Position numbers and translations under genes: made by a program. Below, piece after piece: positions 25,761 to 38,958 of a stretch of 64,000 bases of DNA (the first letter of the stretch is position 1; the number at the start of each line of letters is the position of its first letter). Origin of the DNA: Chiloscyllium plagiosum (taxonomy: Eukaryota); assembly GCF_004010195.1 (NCBI RefSeq), contig NC_057718.1, forward strand, positions 84,479,446 through 84,543,445, given 5' to 3'. The notes under the pieces were generated by a model. That model did not search any database. It worked only from the letters and a program-made list of their open reading frames with translations, and was not told where the DNA came from.

Positions 25761-27807
25761 TGCTAATCTTTTCCCATAAACTATTGAAAGCCAAATCCTC
25801 CAAGCTACATTAATGTCTAAAACAGAATAGGATAATGGCTGAAACTTGCTTGCTTGAATATGTTTTCAGCACATTGACATCAAACTGCATTCACACTGTA
25901 GATATTCCCTGTTAAGATGAGTATGAAATCTCTGTAGAGTTAATATAATAGCTGTGAAACACTCTGTGTTCGAACAATCTTAGAGGGCAATTTTATTCAA
26001 CCTCACCCAGTCCACAACCAATACCCATCAGACACTACTGGAAAAACATCAAATATAGGAAAGCCAAGGGGACTTAAAACAAAATTATTTCCAATATTCA
26101 CTCCTCTGTCACCAAAACATCTGACAAATGAACTATTGCTGTATGTGGATGTGTCACAGGATGGAATCTCAAAATTCCACCTACCTTCTATATTTACCAT
26201 TTCACGAATAAATTGGATGCCTTACTTGCTCATAACACTGTAGTATCTTGGACAAAAGACCATTCAGATTCTTGATGGTAAGGAATCTGTTCATCCACAA
26301 AAGACCTAACTAAAACAAAATCAATGCTCAATCCAACCAACATTATCCTATCATCCAGTGCATAGACTTGTGAAAAAGATACACGTACAACTCTGCTGCA
26401 AACCAGATCTACCTATATAAATGTCAGGAATCAGAGCTGGAATTAGTTTTAAAGCACAGGTCCACATTAAAGCAGCTTTAACTAAACTTACCAGCCTATC
26501 TTGAATAGGTAGGGCCACCTCTGCCAATGAGTATTTAATTAAGTAACTCTAAACTGAATTCGAAGTCAGTTCTCATGAAATGAATGTGAGAAATGTCTTT
26601 ATTTGCTCTGATCCCTCGTTGCTCTTCATTTTACATTTTGTCTGGTCACTATGTGCCTATACTTTCTCAGGAAAACCAGGCAAACCTTCCAAAGATTCCA
26701 ATGTAGATATTTTCTAATCACCCCCTTCAGAGATGCTATTGCAGACCTTTGGGACAAGTGGGACTTGAACCTGGCCCTTCTGGAAAATATGAAATGCAAA
26801 AGCTGACTTCACACGTGTATAACAGAACCTGTTTACAGGGGGCACCTGTTCAGGAGCAATTTAGACTGGAGCTTGGTTCACCTTTCAGATTTCAGTCTTG
26901 GATTTCTTTCAGAAGTTAATACTTCGGGATGCAGTGCTTGAGTAATTTGAGACTTGTCACATGGCAAATGTAGTGTGCCTGACAGGAAAAGCAGCCTAGG
27001 ACCCAATCTGTTTCCAAAACACCTCACATTAGAGGTTTTCCCATGTCATGTCTGGGTTGATTGTAAATTGATCAAAAGAGGTTTACTGCTATGAATACTT
27101 TTTAGTTTAGCAATGCCTTGTTGGCAAGAAAACTGGTTTAAACTAGTAAAGCACTGGGAAGTTTTAAATACACATTTTACAAATGCCACTTGATGATTCC
27201 TCATGAAGGCCCCTATTACATATTTAAATGATTTAAATAATTAGGAAAAACAAATAGTGAAATAATTCTGGATGAAATGGACCTTATAGGAAAGTAAACA
27301 GACCAGTAAATAGGAAATATATTTCAATGTAAAAAAAATTCAATAATTATTTTATAATTCAATACTTACATAATTATGTATTCAGGACTCAGAGGCATGG
27401 ACAGGTTTGTGGCACTCTATGTAGGTCCCTTAATTTCATGTACAACAATTGAATTTTCCATTAGCCACCTCTTAAAATAGTCAATCCAGTTGTGCCTCGA
27501 GCTAAAATTCTCAATTGAATTCCATTTTCCACTTTCCACTTTATCAGTTCATTTATAGCTCCAGAGTACAACATTATTCCTCAACTATCAATCATATGGT
27601 TAATTTTCATATCTGCAAACTTAATCATGTCTCCTTCATTCAAGTGTGAATTACTAATATACGCCATGAAAAGCAAGAGACTCAGCAGAGAGCCCTGCAG
27701 AACCACACTGGGAACTTCTTCCCATTATAAAAAAAACCATGCTTTGCTTTCTGACACTCTACCAATTTAAAATCTAACTTGCTTCTTTCCCTTGGCTCTA
27801 CTTACTT

Positions 27808-28520
27808 TTAGAGTCATTGTGTCAAAGAACACGGAAACGGACTCTCCGGTCCGACCAGTCCACCATAATCCCAAACTAAATTAGTCCCACCTATCTGCGC
27901 TTGTCCCACATTCCTCCAAATATTTCTTATCCAAGACACTTATCTGTCTTTTAAAGGTTGTAACTGGATGTGTCTCCACCATTTTCTCTGGAAGATCATT
28001 CCATACACAAACCACTCTCTGTATATAAACAAAATGCCCCTCATGTCTTTTTAAATCTTTCTCCTCTCACTTTAAAAATGTGCCCCCTAGTCTTGAAATC
28101 CCCCACCCTAGGAAAATGACACGTGCCATTTACCTTATCCCTTATGATTTTATAAATCTCTATAAGGTCACCACTCAACCTCCTATGCTTCAGTGAAAAA
28201 AGACCCAGCCTGTCCAGCCTCTCCTTATAACTCAAACCCTCCATTCCAGGCAACATTGTGACAAATCTCTTCTGAATTATTTTCAGCTTAATAATATCCT
28301 ACCTATAACAAGGGCAACCAGAACTGGACACATCAGTCCAGAAGCTCACCAACGTCTTGTTGGTGAGGCTTCAACATGACGTCCCAATCCTATATTCAAC
28401 GGTCTGAGCAATGAAAGCAAGCGTGCTAATCACCTTCTTAACTAGCCTATCTTTATGTGATGCAAAGAATTACATATCTGAACCCCTAGGTCTCTGTATT
28501 ATACAACACTAATTCTCTTG
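27808..28520 (-). mobile_element. CR1 LINE 3' fragment
   Basis: MLPGMEGLSYKERLDRLGLFSLKHRRLSGDLIEIYKI...KTRGH. Confidence 0.9.
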
Positions 28521-28901
28521 TTGCCTGGCAGACTGACCTCCACATTGCAGAGGCTAAGTGCCAGATCTCATTTTTCTGACCAGCTGACACCAATCATTTG
28601 GTTGCTATGATGAGGTTTTCAAAAAAGTTGAAGAATCTATTTCTGCATTAGATCATGCTTTACTTGGGTTATGTTTGAGGGACATACTTAAAGCAATATA
28701 GTTTAGATATGCACTGTGCCTAACTTAGACTTAATGTTAACACCAAGTTCCAAAAAATTATTTAATTGTCCAACAATTACCTCCTTTATCTGATGAGTAC
28801 TAAATTTAAAAACCAAAGCACATTGATATGATTTTTCTTTTGGCATTTCACTCGATTGAACCAGCTGACAAATTTTGCATAATAATCTTTTTCTGTTTCA
28901 G

Positions 28902-28999
28902 ATGAACAGAGGAATGCTGGGGAAGCACAGACCGTTACCATGGAGACAAAAACTGAAACTGTATTCCTTCCTTCTTGGATAAATGACTCTGTAAAATAA
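28902..28999 (+). CDS. stum-like: stum/SPEC3-family protein, probable terminal coding exon
   Basis: Strong acceptor ctttttctgtttcag|AT, phase compatible with exon 2, giving YEQRNAGEAQTVTMETKTETVFLPSWINDSVK*; human STUM has YKEQ at the equivalent position. Confidence 0.6.
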
Positions 29000-29399
29000 G
29001 ATTAATTGGGTATTTATTCAGTGTTGGACCTGTGGGAATTGTGATACACCTACTTACCATCAGTAATTATAATAGGTGAAGTTTATATTCACAAGCTTAC
29101 AATGACAGCTCCATTTATTGGGTGGATCAATGGATCATACAAAAATGGATAGTTAGGTTCACAGTGCAGAATATCTTTTGGTGTCGAGGTGGCTTTCAGA
29201 ATAGCAATATATTGCATTACATTATGGGTCCGCAATTCAAAATGTATTCTGGTAAATAGGTCTTAGGTTTATCCATCTGTGCCCCCACCCCTCAGTGAAA
29301 TTTGGGCATGACATGACATGACATCACCTCTGCCTCTGTGCCCATTTCTTTGGACAAGAGTCCTCTCTCTGCCCCAAGACCTCTTCGTCCACCTCCAAC

Positions 29400-32045
29400 T
29401 ATCTTAACCAGGATCCTTTCCTCTGGCTTTCTATCTGCTCTTGAACTATTCATTAAAATCTATCAATGTGACACTGATCACTTTAATTTCTCTGCTCCCT
29501 TCACCCATTTCAAATCTATCTTCCTTTGAACTGACTGCAGCCCATACTCTCAGATGCCACCCTGACCTTGTAACTTAACCTGCTGCCAAGAATGGTGCTC
29601 TTATTTTTTTGGCAGACTAACCTCTACATTGAGAAGGCTAAATGCCAGCTCTCAAACACCTCCTCTTATGTCCCCTGGACCATGACCCCACCATGGACCA
29701 TCAGGCCATTGTGTCTATAACTGTCACCAACCTTACCTTACTGACCCATCCCACCCCTCCACTGCCCCCAACTCTGTATATCCCACTTTCACCATCTCCC
29801 TAAAATCTACAAACTGGACTGTCTGGACAGACCCATTATTTCTACCTGTTCCTGCACCAAGGAACTTATTTCTTCCTGACGACTTGATTTTTTTGTCTCC
29901 CCTTGTCCAGTCCTTTCCCAATTACATCTGCAATTCTTCTGGCATTGTGTCGCTTTCAAAATTTCCAGTTTGCAGGCTCCAGCTGCCTCCTCTTTACCGG
30001 GGACATGCAAACCCATTACATGTCCATCCCCCACCAGGATGGTCTCAGGGCTCTCCATTTCTTCCTGAAAAGAGGCCTGAACCATCCCCATTCACCACCA
30101 CCCTCCACTGCTTGGCCCAAGTTCATTGTCACCCTGAACAACTTCACTTTCTTCAAAGGTGTGGCCACAGGTACCTGCATGGGCCCCAGTTATGCCTATC
30201 TCTTGTGGGATACATAGAGCATTCCTTGGTCTAGTCCTTCTCGAGCCGCACCCTCAACTCTTTCTCTGGTGATGCCCTCAGTGCTGCTTCCTCCTCTTGT
30301 TATGATTTGGAAAAAATTATCAATTTTGCTTCCAATTTTCACCCTGCCCCCACCCTGGTCCATCTCTGACTCCTCCCTTTCCTCCTCGACATCTCTGTTT
30401 CTACCTCTGGGGATAGGCTGGCCACCAGTACCCCACTAGAAACCCAACTACTCCCACAGTTATCTGCACTATACATCCTCACACCCTGCTTCCTGTGAGG
30501 ACTCTAACCCATTCTCCCTGCTTCTCTGTCTCCATCACATCTGTTCCAATGATGCCACTTTCCACAGGGGGGGGCCTCAGAAATTCCCAACTTTTGTTTC
30601 AAGCGAGGATTCCACGCTACAGTGGTTGACAGGGTTCTCAGCCGCGTCTAACCCATCTCCTACACTTCTGCCCTCACCTCTTGTCTTCCCTCCCATAACA
30701 CTGAAAGGGTGCCCCTGGTTCTCACTTACTACCTCATTTAAAGGATCACTGGATGCCATTTCTACCACCTGAGTGATATGCCACCACCAGTTATATATTC
30801 CCCTCCCCTCCTTTGTCAGCATTCTGCAGAGGCCATTCCCTCCAGAAACATAGAATCACTACAGTGTGGAAACAGGCCCAACAAGACCACACTCACTTTC
30901 CGAAGAGTGACTCAACCAGACCCATTCCCCTACCCTATTACTCTACATTTACCTCTGACTAATGCACGTAACCTACACATCCCTGAACACTATGGGCAAT
31001 TTAGCATGGCCAATTCACCTAATTTGCACATCTTTGGATTGTGGGAAAAAACCAGAGCAGCTGGAGGAAACACACGCAGACATGGGGAGAATGTGCAAAC
31101 TTCACACAGACAGTCTGGAATCGAACTCGGATCCCTGGCACTGTGAGGCATCTGTACTAACCAATGAGCCATCATGCCATTCTGGGACACCCTGGTCCAC
31201 TCCTCCTTCACCCCAAACAACCCCACTGGCCTCATGGCACCTTCCCCAGCAATTGCCAAAGGTGTAACACCTGCCCATTTACTGCCACTGTCCTCACCAT
31301 CAAAGTGAAGCCACAAGTTACCTGCACCTTATTCAATCTAATCTACTGTACTTGCTGTTTATATTGTGGTCTCCTCTAATTGGGAAAATGAAATGCAGAC
31401 TCTGTGACCATTTTGCAAAACACCCCTATGTTCTATCTGTAAATGTGACCCCAAGCTTCCAGTTGTCTGCCACTTTTAATGTACCACCATGTTCCCCTGT
31501 TCACATTTCTGTTTTAGGTCTCATACAGTGTTCCTGAGAGCCTTGGGGCAAGCTTGAAGAATTGCATTGCATTTTACGCTTGGGGACCCTGCAGCTTATG
31601 GAATTCAACATTGAGTTCAATAACTTTAGACCCTGACTGCATCCTTCCATGTTTTTTACCAATCCCAACACTCTGGTCCTGTCATGATATGAGTCGTCTT
31701 CAGCACAGCCTGCTTGTTCTTTCCTACCATCAACTCTCATTATCACTTATTCAGCTTCTCTTCTGGAATGGCCTACCATCAATAATTCCCTCTTTCATAC
31801 GTCTCGCTCTCTCACACTCTCTCTCTCTCTCTTTCTCTCTGGGCTCTGACTCCACCTACCTGTTCACCACTCTCCTATCACCAACACCTCCCAACCTCAC
31901 CTTCACCATAAGTACCATCCTTTCTCAGCTTTCTCTTCTGTTCTAATGGAAAATCACCAGACTCTGAACATTAACTCTGCTTTCTTCCCTCAGATTCTGC
32001 TGACCTGCTGAGCTTTGCCAGCAATTTATGGTTTTGTTTCTGGTA
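29400..32045 (+). mobile_element. Degenerate Penelope-like element (RT and GIY-YIG) with nested HE1 SINE
   Basis: LFTGDMQTHYMSIPHQDGL, LNNFTFFKGVATGTCMGPSYA, LIYCTCCLYCGLL and FNVPPCSP; frameshifted. Confidence 0.85.
30845..31178 (-). mobile_element. HE1 SINE inserted in a PLE
   Basis: Reverse complement of the HE1 head and core; flanked by a GCCATTC repeat (30832-30838, 31176-31182). Confidence 0.88.
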
Positions 32046-32634
32046 AATAGGTACCTAAGTTACTAATTTTTTTTATTTCACCAACATTTGTATGTTTTCT
32101 TTTCCATGTTTGAGATTCTCATTTATGTTTTATTGTCTCTTAACTTGTTAAAGAAAAAAGTAGCATTTATTTAGCTCCTTCTGCAGGATATTCAGAAAGA
32201 CTACAGTGCCTTTTGAAGAGTAGCGTAATGTTCGAAATACAGCAGCTAATGTGGCTCAAAGCAATGCCCGATAATGGTAGCAATATAAGGACAGAAAATT
32301 GATTTATGTGACAGTAGTTGAGAGACAGATACTAGCCAAGACATTAGGGAGAACTCTCCTGCTTTTCTTTAACAGAATACTTTGGGATCAGTTTCACCCA
32401 CCCAAAAGCTATGGTTTAACATCTAATCAAAAGAATCTCAACAGGTCAGCAGCCCCTCGCTACTCCACTCAAATGTCAAACTGAATATGTGCTGGAATAG
32501 AAACTGAACCCTATGTTTCAGAGGCAGCAATTCTGCCAATTGAGCCAAGGTTTATGCGTGTTGTTTACCATAGCTCATTCTCTTTTGTTATTTCACCGCT
32601 GGTATCTGAAAAGAACTTATTCGCTGCAGATGAT

Positions 32635-32771
32635 CATGATGTGGAGGCGCCAGTGTTAAACTGAGGTGGACAAAGTTAAAAATCACACAACACCAGATTA
32701 TAGTCCAACAGGTTTATCTGAATGTACAAGCTTGTACTTTCAAAGAAACCTGGTATTGTTAGACTTTTAAT
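32635..32771. mobile_element. Internally deleted family-A PLE derivative
   Basis: AAAATCACACAACACCAG...TAGTCCAACAGG shared with 2730 and 34760; imperfect TSD GCTGCA(G/A)ATGAT at 32623-32634 and 32772-32783. Confidence 0.65.
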
Positions 32772-32856
32772 GCTGCAAATGATGTTATTTCATCTTGGTT
32801 TGAATAAATGACACTTGTCAGTTTCCTCCTCCCTGTGGGAGTCCATTTGCAGTCCT

Positions 32857-33058
32857 TTAACAATTGTACTTTACATCAGAGGCACAAGGCACAACCCTGG
32901 CGATTACACTCCCTTTCCCCTTTTTGGAAAATACTGGCTGCCCCTGGGATTGTGAATTTGGTGAAGATGTGGCAGCATTTGAATTGGAATCCGTCTCCTC
33001 AATACTGTTGAATGTCAAATACAGTTTGCTATTGTGGGTTTCACCATTATTTGTCAGC
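32857..33058 (-). CDS. Tentative exon of an unidentified minus-strand gene
   Basis: Strong acceptor tttctcctctgcttccatag; single open frame LTNNGETHNSKLYLTFNSIEETDSNSNAATSSPNSQSQGQPVFSKKGKGSVIARVVPCASD; donor or stop uncertain. Confidence 0.35.
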
Positions 33059-33549
33059 CTATGGAAGCAGAGGAGAAACTGAACTGACTGTCAATTTCAT
33101 TTTCCTTCCGTGACATTGGTACCATCTGGAACCATCTGTTTGACAAGCCTTCAACCATCTGCAGTATTGGATTTCTCAGCAGCTGATAATTGTTCATATT
33201 CTGTCCAGATCCTAGATATACAACCATCCTCGCATCAGAGTAATGCGTCATTAATCTACTTTATTCAGTTTTATTGTAATGATGTGGGCATATATTGGAG
33301 TGCCTAGTGCCATTTTAATAGATGAACATTAAAACAAGTGATTACTTTTGTGATGCAGAAGGCTCAGATTAAAATCATAACCTTCATAAAATTAGTCAAT
33401 CGTTAAGAGGTCAAGAGTATGCACAAGGGTCACTACACCAGGGGACAGTGAAAATGAAACCTAGATGGATTTCTTGCTGTTAATTGTATCCAGTAATGTT
33501 TAGTGGGAAGTGCATGTGGACAAGAATAGATTTAGCATGACCAGTCTTA

Positions 33550-33826
33550 ATTTTTTTTGATTCAAAAATAAAGTTTATTCATTAAAATAACTTTATATGC
33601 ACACAGTCACTTAAACAGTTCTGCACAGTAACATAAGAAGAAACAATATAATCATTGGAGTTTGATTCTATCCAACAAACAACCTAAAGGCAGCTTGTAT
33701 TTGTGCAAGATTATATTCACATTTATTAGAGGGTCCAGGAGGATCTGATAACTGAACAGACATTTACCTTCAGCAGAAAAACCTCAGACAGTGGTCTTTC
33801 CCCACCGCATCATGGTGGCAGCTGCC
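33550..33826 (-). mobile_element. Tx1 LINE 3' UTR fragment
   Basis: GTGGTCTTTCCCCACC and GCAGCTGCC shared with 17845-17882; T-rich tail on the + strand. Confidence 0.65.
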
Positions 33827-34210
33827 TGTGGTGTAAAATTCCAAGCAGTGGAATGTGGTGAAACGGTTAAAAATTATGTCCCAATACATGTGTGAATCTA
33901 ACCGGAATGGAGGTGTTGCTTAGTCCCGTGTGAATCTTCTTATCTGTATGTAACCAGAATGGTTCTTATCTGTATGTAACCAGAATGGAATGTGTTTTTT
34001 AGCCTTGCTCTGCTGTTCACATGAATGTTTATATCTGGAAAAGAATAAAAAGCTGGAAAAGTCTCCAGTTCGGTGAGTCTGCTCCGGGGTTACATTTAAC
34101 CGCCGAGCGTGGGTTGTTGGCAACCGCTCTACAAGAACTGACGGCTCCCAGTTCCGGTAACATGTAGAGTGAGTATAAGCCAGACCCGTTCTGGCGACGC
34201 TGCGGGGAAT
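33827..34210 (+). mobile_element. Probable LTR with PBS-like sequence (ERV or Gypsy), truncated
   Basis: TGTGG...CTACA (33827-34132), AATAAA near 34043, TGGCGACGCTG at 34191; CpG-rich; internal 25-bp tandem duplication at 33937-33988. Confidence 0.5.
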
Positions 34211-34214
34211 AAAA

Positions 34215-34845
34215 TGCCCGGATGGAGTGGATAGATGGGAAAGACGATGGATAGGTCAAGAGGGTGGTGCAGAGTTGGAGGCTTGGGACTGGGATAAGGT
34301 GGGGGGAGGGGGAATGAGGAAACTGGTGAAATTCACATTAATCCTGTGTGATTTCAGGGTCCCAATGCGCAAGATGAGGTGTTCTTCCTCGAGGTATCAG
34401 GTGGTTAGGCAATGGAGGAGGCCCAGGACCTGCACGTCCTTGGTGAACTGCGAGGGGGATTTAAAGTGTTCAGCCATGGGGCGAGGGGTTGGTTGGTGTG
34501 GAAATCCCAGAGGTGCAACAATCCCAGAAGACTGCATTGAGTGCAATGGATACAAAAGATAACATTAGTGGAGGTACAGGTAAATTTCTGTCAGATGTGG
34601 AAGGATACTTTGGGGCCTTGGATGGAGGTCCTAACCACCCAATGCCCTGGAGGAAGCCCACTAGCCTCATTCCTGATGAAGTGCTTATGCCTGAAACGTC
34701 AATTCTCCTACTCCTCGGATGCTCCCTGACATGCTGTGCTTTTCCAGCACACCCTCCAAATAAACCTGTTGGACTATTGCCTGGTGTTGTGTGATTTTTA
34801 AAATTTTGTCCACCCCAGTCCAACAACCGGCACCTTCACATCCTT
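34215..34845. mobile_element. Rearranged PLE fragments (minus GIY-YIG end, + hammerhead-bearing terminus, family-A tail)
   Basis: Minus-strand LEEEHLILRIGTLKSHRINVNFTSF; CTGATGAAGTGCTTATGCCTGAAACGTC at 34673-34700. Confidence 0.75.
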
Positions 34846-36099
34846 GCTCTGGAAGACCAACACGTTTCAGGCAGACCAAAGAGTGTCTTTCACCAAGTTA
34901 ATGGTCTGCCCTCCTGAAACTTGCTGGTAAAAAAATTAGGCATGACAAAGGAGCACTTGGACAAGAGAGCTTCTAGTTATTGCAGAATTTCATTTCACCA
35001 TGAGTCACCATCTTCAGTAGATGGCAAAAAATTCAAGGTTAAAAATATATGTTGGTATGTGGCAGTGTCTGCAATTTTTCCAACTTGACATTTGGGTTAA
35101 CACCTGGCATTGATCTGTCAGTGCTTATTTGTATACCAATGAAAAATGCAAATAATTTTCAGCATGGTGATCATGACCTTTAAAATCTAAATTTTGCATA
35201 GCCACATTTTCAGTGCTGTCTTTAAGTATTATGATGTAAAACATTTGTGGACTGATTTCAAAATATTGCCTGCGTCGCAGCCTCTTTTGCACTTCATTTG
35301 TACAGGAAATGCTTGGTTTTTTTCTGTTAACCCCGTGCTACCTCCTAACTGCATTAGTGCTTATTTTTTTAGGAAATGTTTGTTCACAAAACCCTCCCTA
35401 ATCAATCACAGTTGCCTACCTTCATCAACAACAACTTGTATGATTGCAACAAAGGACAAGATCACTGGGCAATTAACACAATCATTATTAAACCAAACTT
35501 GACATCAAAGCAGAATAGCAAAATGATGGCAATGAGGTAGGTTTTAAGGAAACTCTAAAAAGGAGAAAAGACAGTCAAAGAGTTCAAGGAATTCCACGGC
35601 TTGATGGTCACAAATTATAACACAATTATAATCAGTGACACTTAAGCAGCTAAAAATTAGATAAATGCATAGAATAAAGCAAATAGCCAATGATGCCAGA
35701 AATCTGAGAAACTCAGCAGGCATGGCAACATCTGTGGAGAGAAAGCAGAGTTAGCACTTCGAGTCCAGTGATCCTTCTTCTGAACTTATTTGCTGAGTTT
35801 CTCCAGCAATTTGTGCTTTGTATAAGATTGCAGTTTGAAGGGTTGAGAGGCTGCAGAAGAATACAGATGGAAATGGGGGGGAAAGGGGGAGCAAGGCCCT
35901 CGAGGGATTTGAAATGAAGGATGAGAATTGAAAATCAAAATACTGCTAACTCACGAGTGAATATAAGTCAGTGAGCAGAGAGGTGAAGGGTGAATGGGAC
36001 TTAGTCCAAACTAGGAAATAGACAGCTGAGTTTTGGTTGGCAGAGAATAGAATATGGCAGGACATTCAAGAGTGCATTGGTGATATGAAGGCAACAAAC

Positions 36100-36455
36100 A
36101 GGGTCGGCACGGTGGCTCAGTGGTTAGCACTGCTGCCTCACAGCACCAGGGACCTGCGTTCGATTCTAGCCTCAGGTGACTGTCTGTGTGAAGTTTACAC
36201 GTTCTCATGTCTGCATGGGTTTCCTCCGGGTGCTCCAGTTTCCTCCCACAATCCAAAGATGTGCAGGTCAGGTGGATTGGCCATGCTAAATTACCAATAG
36301 TGTTCAGGGATGTGTGTGTTAGGTGCATTAGTCAGGGTGGAAATGCAGAGTGATAGGGGAATGGGTCTGGGTGGTTTGCTCTTCAGAGGGTCAGTGTGGA
36401 CTTGCTAGGCTGAAGGGCCTGTCCCCTCACTGTAGGAATTCTAATTCGAATTCAA
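36100..36455 (+). mobile_element. HE1 SINE nested in an L2 fragment (about 35460-37110, minus)
   Basis: GGCACGGTGGCTCAGTGGTTAGCACTGCTGCCTCACAGC head; HE1 core and tail. Confidence 0.9.
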
Positions 36456-38958
36456 ACTGGAGATTTGAACAGCAGATAGCTGATGCAGCAGTCAGGCAAT
36501 ACTACCCACGTGAAGTAGGTGGTATTGGTGATGCTGTGGATATATGGTTGGAAAGTTATTTTTGTGTTAAATATAACAGGAAGGTTTAGTCTCTGTTGTT
36601 AGGGAGAATAATATGGTCAGTGACTCGGGAATTGAGTTTGTGGCAGGGACTGAAGATAGTGACTCTTCCCAATATTTAGCTGGCAGTAATTTCTGTCCAT
36701 TTGGTACTGAACATCAAAAAAAAATTCTGAAAACGTAGACACAATGCAGGGGTCTAAGGGCAGTATTGAGGTAGACCTTGGTCAGCACGTAGATGGGAAG
36801 TAGGAGACAGCCAAGCATAGATCCTAAACCAATGCAGGTGATACTCTGACTATAATTGTCTTGATAAGAACAAAACCAGACTAATGTAGTTCCATACAGC
36901 TGAATGACAAGGAAACAGTTGGAGCAAGGTATTAGGGCCAACTGGAGACAATCGAGAAAGTTAAAGAAGGATAGACTATCTTATATGGGCACATAAGACT
37001 TTATTTACGACATTTGGTTGTGTTGTGATGTGACTATGACAGGGCAATATGCTGGGCACAGAATTTGAGAAGCAACAGTTTTAAGGTATTAGAGACGGAA
37101 GGTGATATCATATATGGTGCAATAGAGGGTGCAGTTGTGAATTTTGCTTTATACATGCCTTGCAGAGGATATTATATATAACATCTAGAGCAAAAAAGGA
37201 GGCAACATTGATGTCAGTTTTCCATTTCAGTGTGTGCCAAATTACTATTAGTAACATTGGCTTTTAGAATTAAGGATGAAAGCATTACTGGTGGAATCAC
37301 ACTAACCTCCTTGCGAGAGAGAGAGGCCGCCATCTTCTTTGGAGAAGTTTGATTCAATAGTGGCCTCTGAGGTCATCCTGGAGAGCAGTTGAGAGGCATC
37401 TGTCCATTGATTTCTGGGTAGTGTAAGAAGTTTTTTGCTGTCAAGGGGTAATATTAAAACTACAGAACTCATTGACTGATAAATGAAGAAATGCAGCTGC
37501 CTTAGGTTTTTGATGGGGGATCCCAAGTATCACTTCAAGAGATAAAAGGCTGGATTTAATAAGGGTCTGAGCAACATGGACTATGGCAAGACGTGCAGCA
37601 GAATCGGGTGGCAAGGTCAGGAGCAATTGTGTCATCTTTTATCTTTTCACAAGCAGCATGACATGATTCTCAACTGATAAACATCTTGTTAATGGCACAA
37701 CTCACCCTGCTAATATTCAGCCTCAAATCTTACAAAACTCAAACAAGCTCAATGTCAGGAAGACTCAACATGGAAAGTAGAGTGTGCACTTGGTGCATAC
37801 AGCTCACAGCTTGCTCCAAATGACATCCATGTTGCCTATGGCCAAACCACAGCTCACAGGGTGATTGACAGACACTAGCTGCAGTACCCTTCAGCCACAG
37901 GTACTGGTACCTGAAATCTGCCATTTTCTTGTGACCAGCCTGCTACTTCTCCAATGCACTGGCAGTGAGGTCTTGCAATGCAGGGCTTACCAGCAATTAG
38001 CATCAGAAGGCTGCAGTGGGGACACAACACACAGGGACAGACACCCAGCTCCCAGACTGGACCAGGCTACGATTCTAGGCTACTCAGTTGCTCTCTTTGT
38101 GTTTGCTCACTTACTGCCTACCTGTAGACCCTCAGAACCCCAGCCTTGCCTTGCCAATGAACACAATCAGAAAAACAGGAAGCTTATCCCCTTGGAAGTC
38201 ACATGATTTGGTGCTGGGGCTTCAAATCTTTACAATTTATGCAAATGATGTAGATGAAGGGACCAAAAGTAGTTAAGTAGGAATTGGAGTTGTGAAGAAT
38301 ACATAAAGAGCCTACATAAGGATGCAGATAGGCTAAGCAAGTAGGGCAAATGGATTACAATTTGGATAAATGTGAAATTGTCCATTTTGGCAGAAAGAAT
38401 AAAAAGAAGCATGTTATTTAAATGGTGAAAAGTCGCAGGGCTCTGAGATGCAGAGAGATCTGTGTGCAGGTACAGTAAGTAGTCAGGAAAGCTAATAGAA
38501 TGGTATGGGTTATCTGAAGGGAGTTGAATGCAAAAGTAGAGAGATTATGCCTCAGCGCTGGTAAGACTACAGCAACTTAATGTTCATTTTATGCCTTAAG
38601 ATAGAAGAAGTTTATCTTATGCTACTTTCCATTTTAACCCCTGCAATTAATATATAAAACAAGGGTCAGTACATATTTCATGCTGTTGTTAAGTTGTTAG
38701 GAGTGCAATGAAGGAAGGAAATCAGTGACATAGCTGTTTCTAGGCAGGTTGCTTGTGATTAATCTGATCATTGACGATACCAGTAAACATAATCCCAAAT
38801 TACCCCATATAATTTATTAAAAGTCACTAATTTCAATATAGCAGACATTAGACATTACAGACATTAAGACGTGTTGAGTCTTAGTTATTGAAAGTGAAAT
38901 GTAATGACCATCACCAATAAGGAATATTGTTTTAGAATGTGAGAATAAAGGGGTAAAG

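Noticed and set aside
29400..32045. Intact telomerase-like or active PLE reverse transcriptase
   Set aside because: Multiple frameshifts, stop codons and a SINE insertion.
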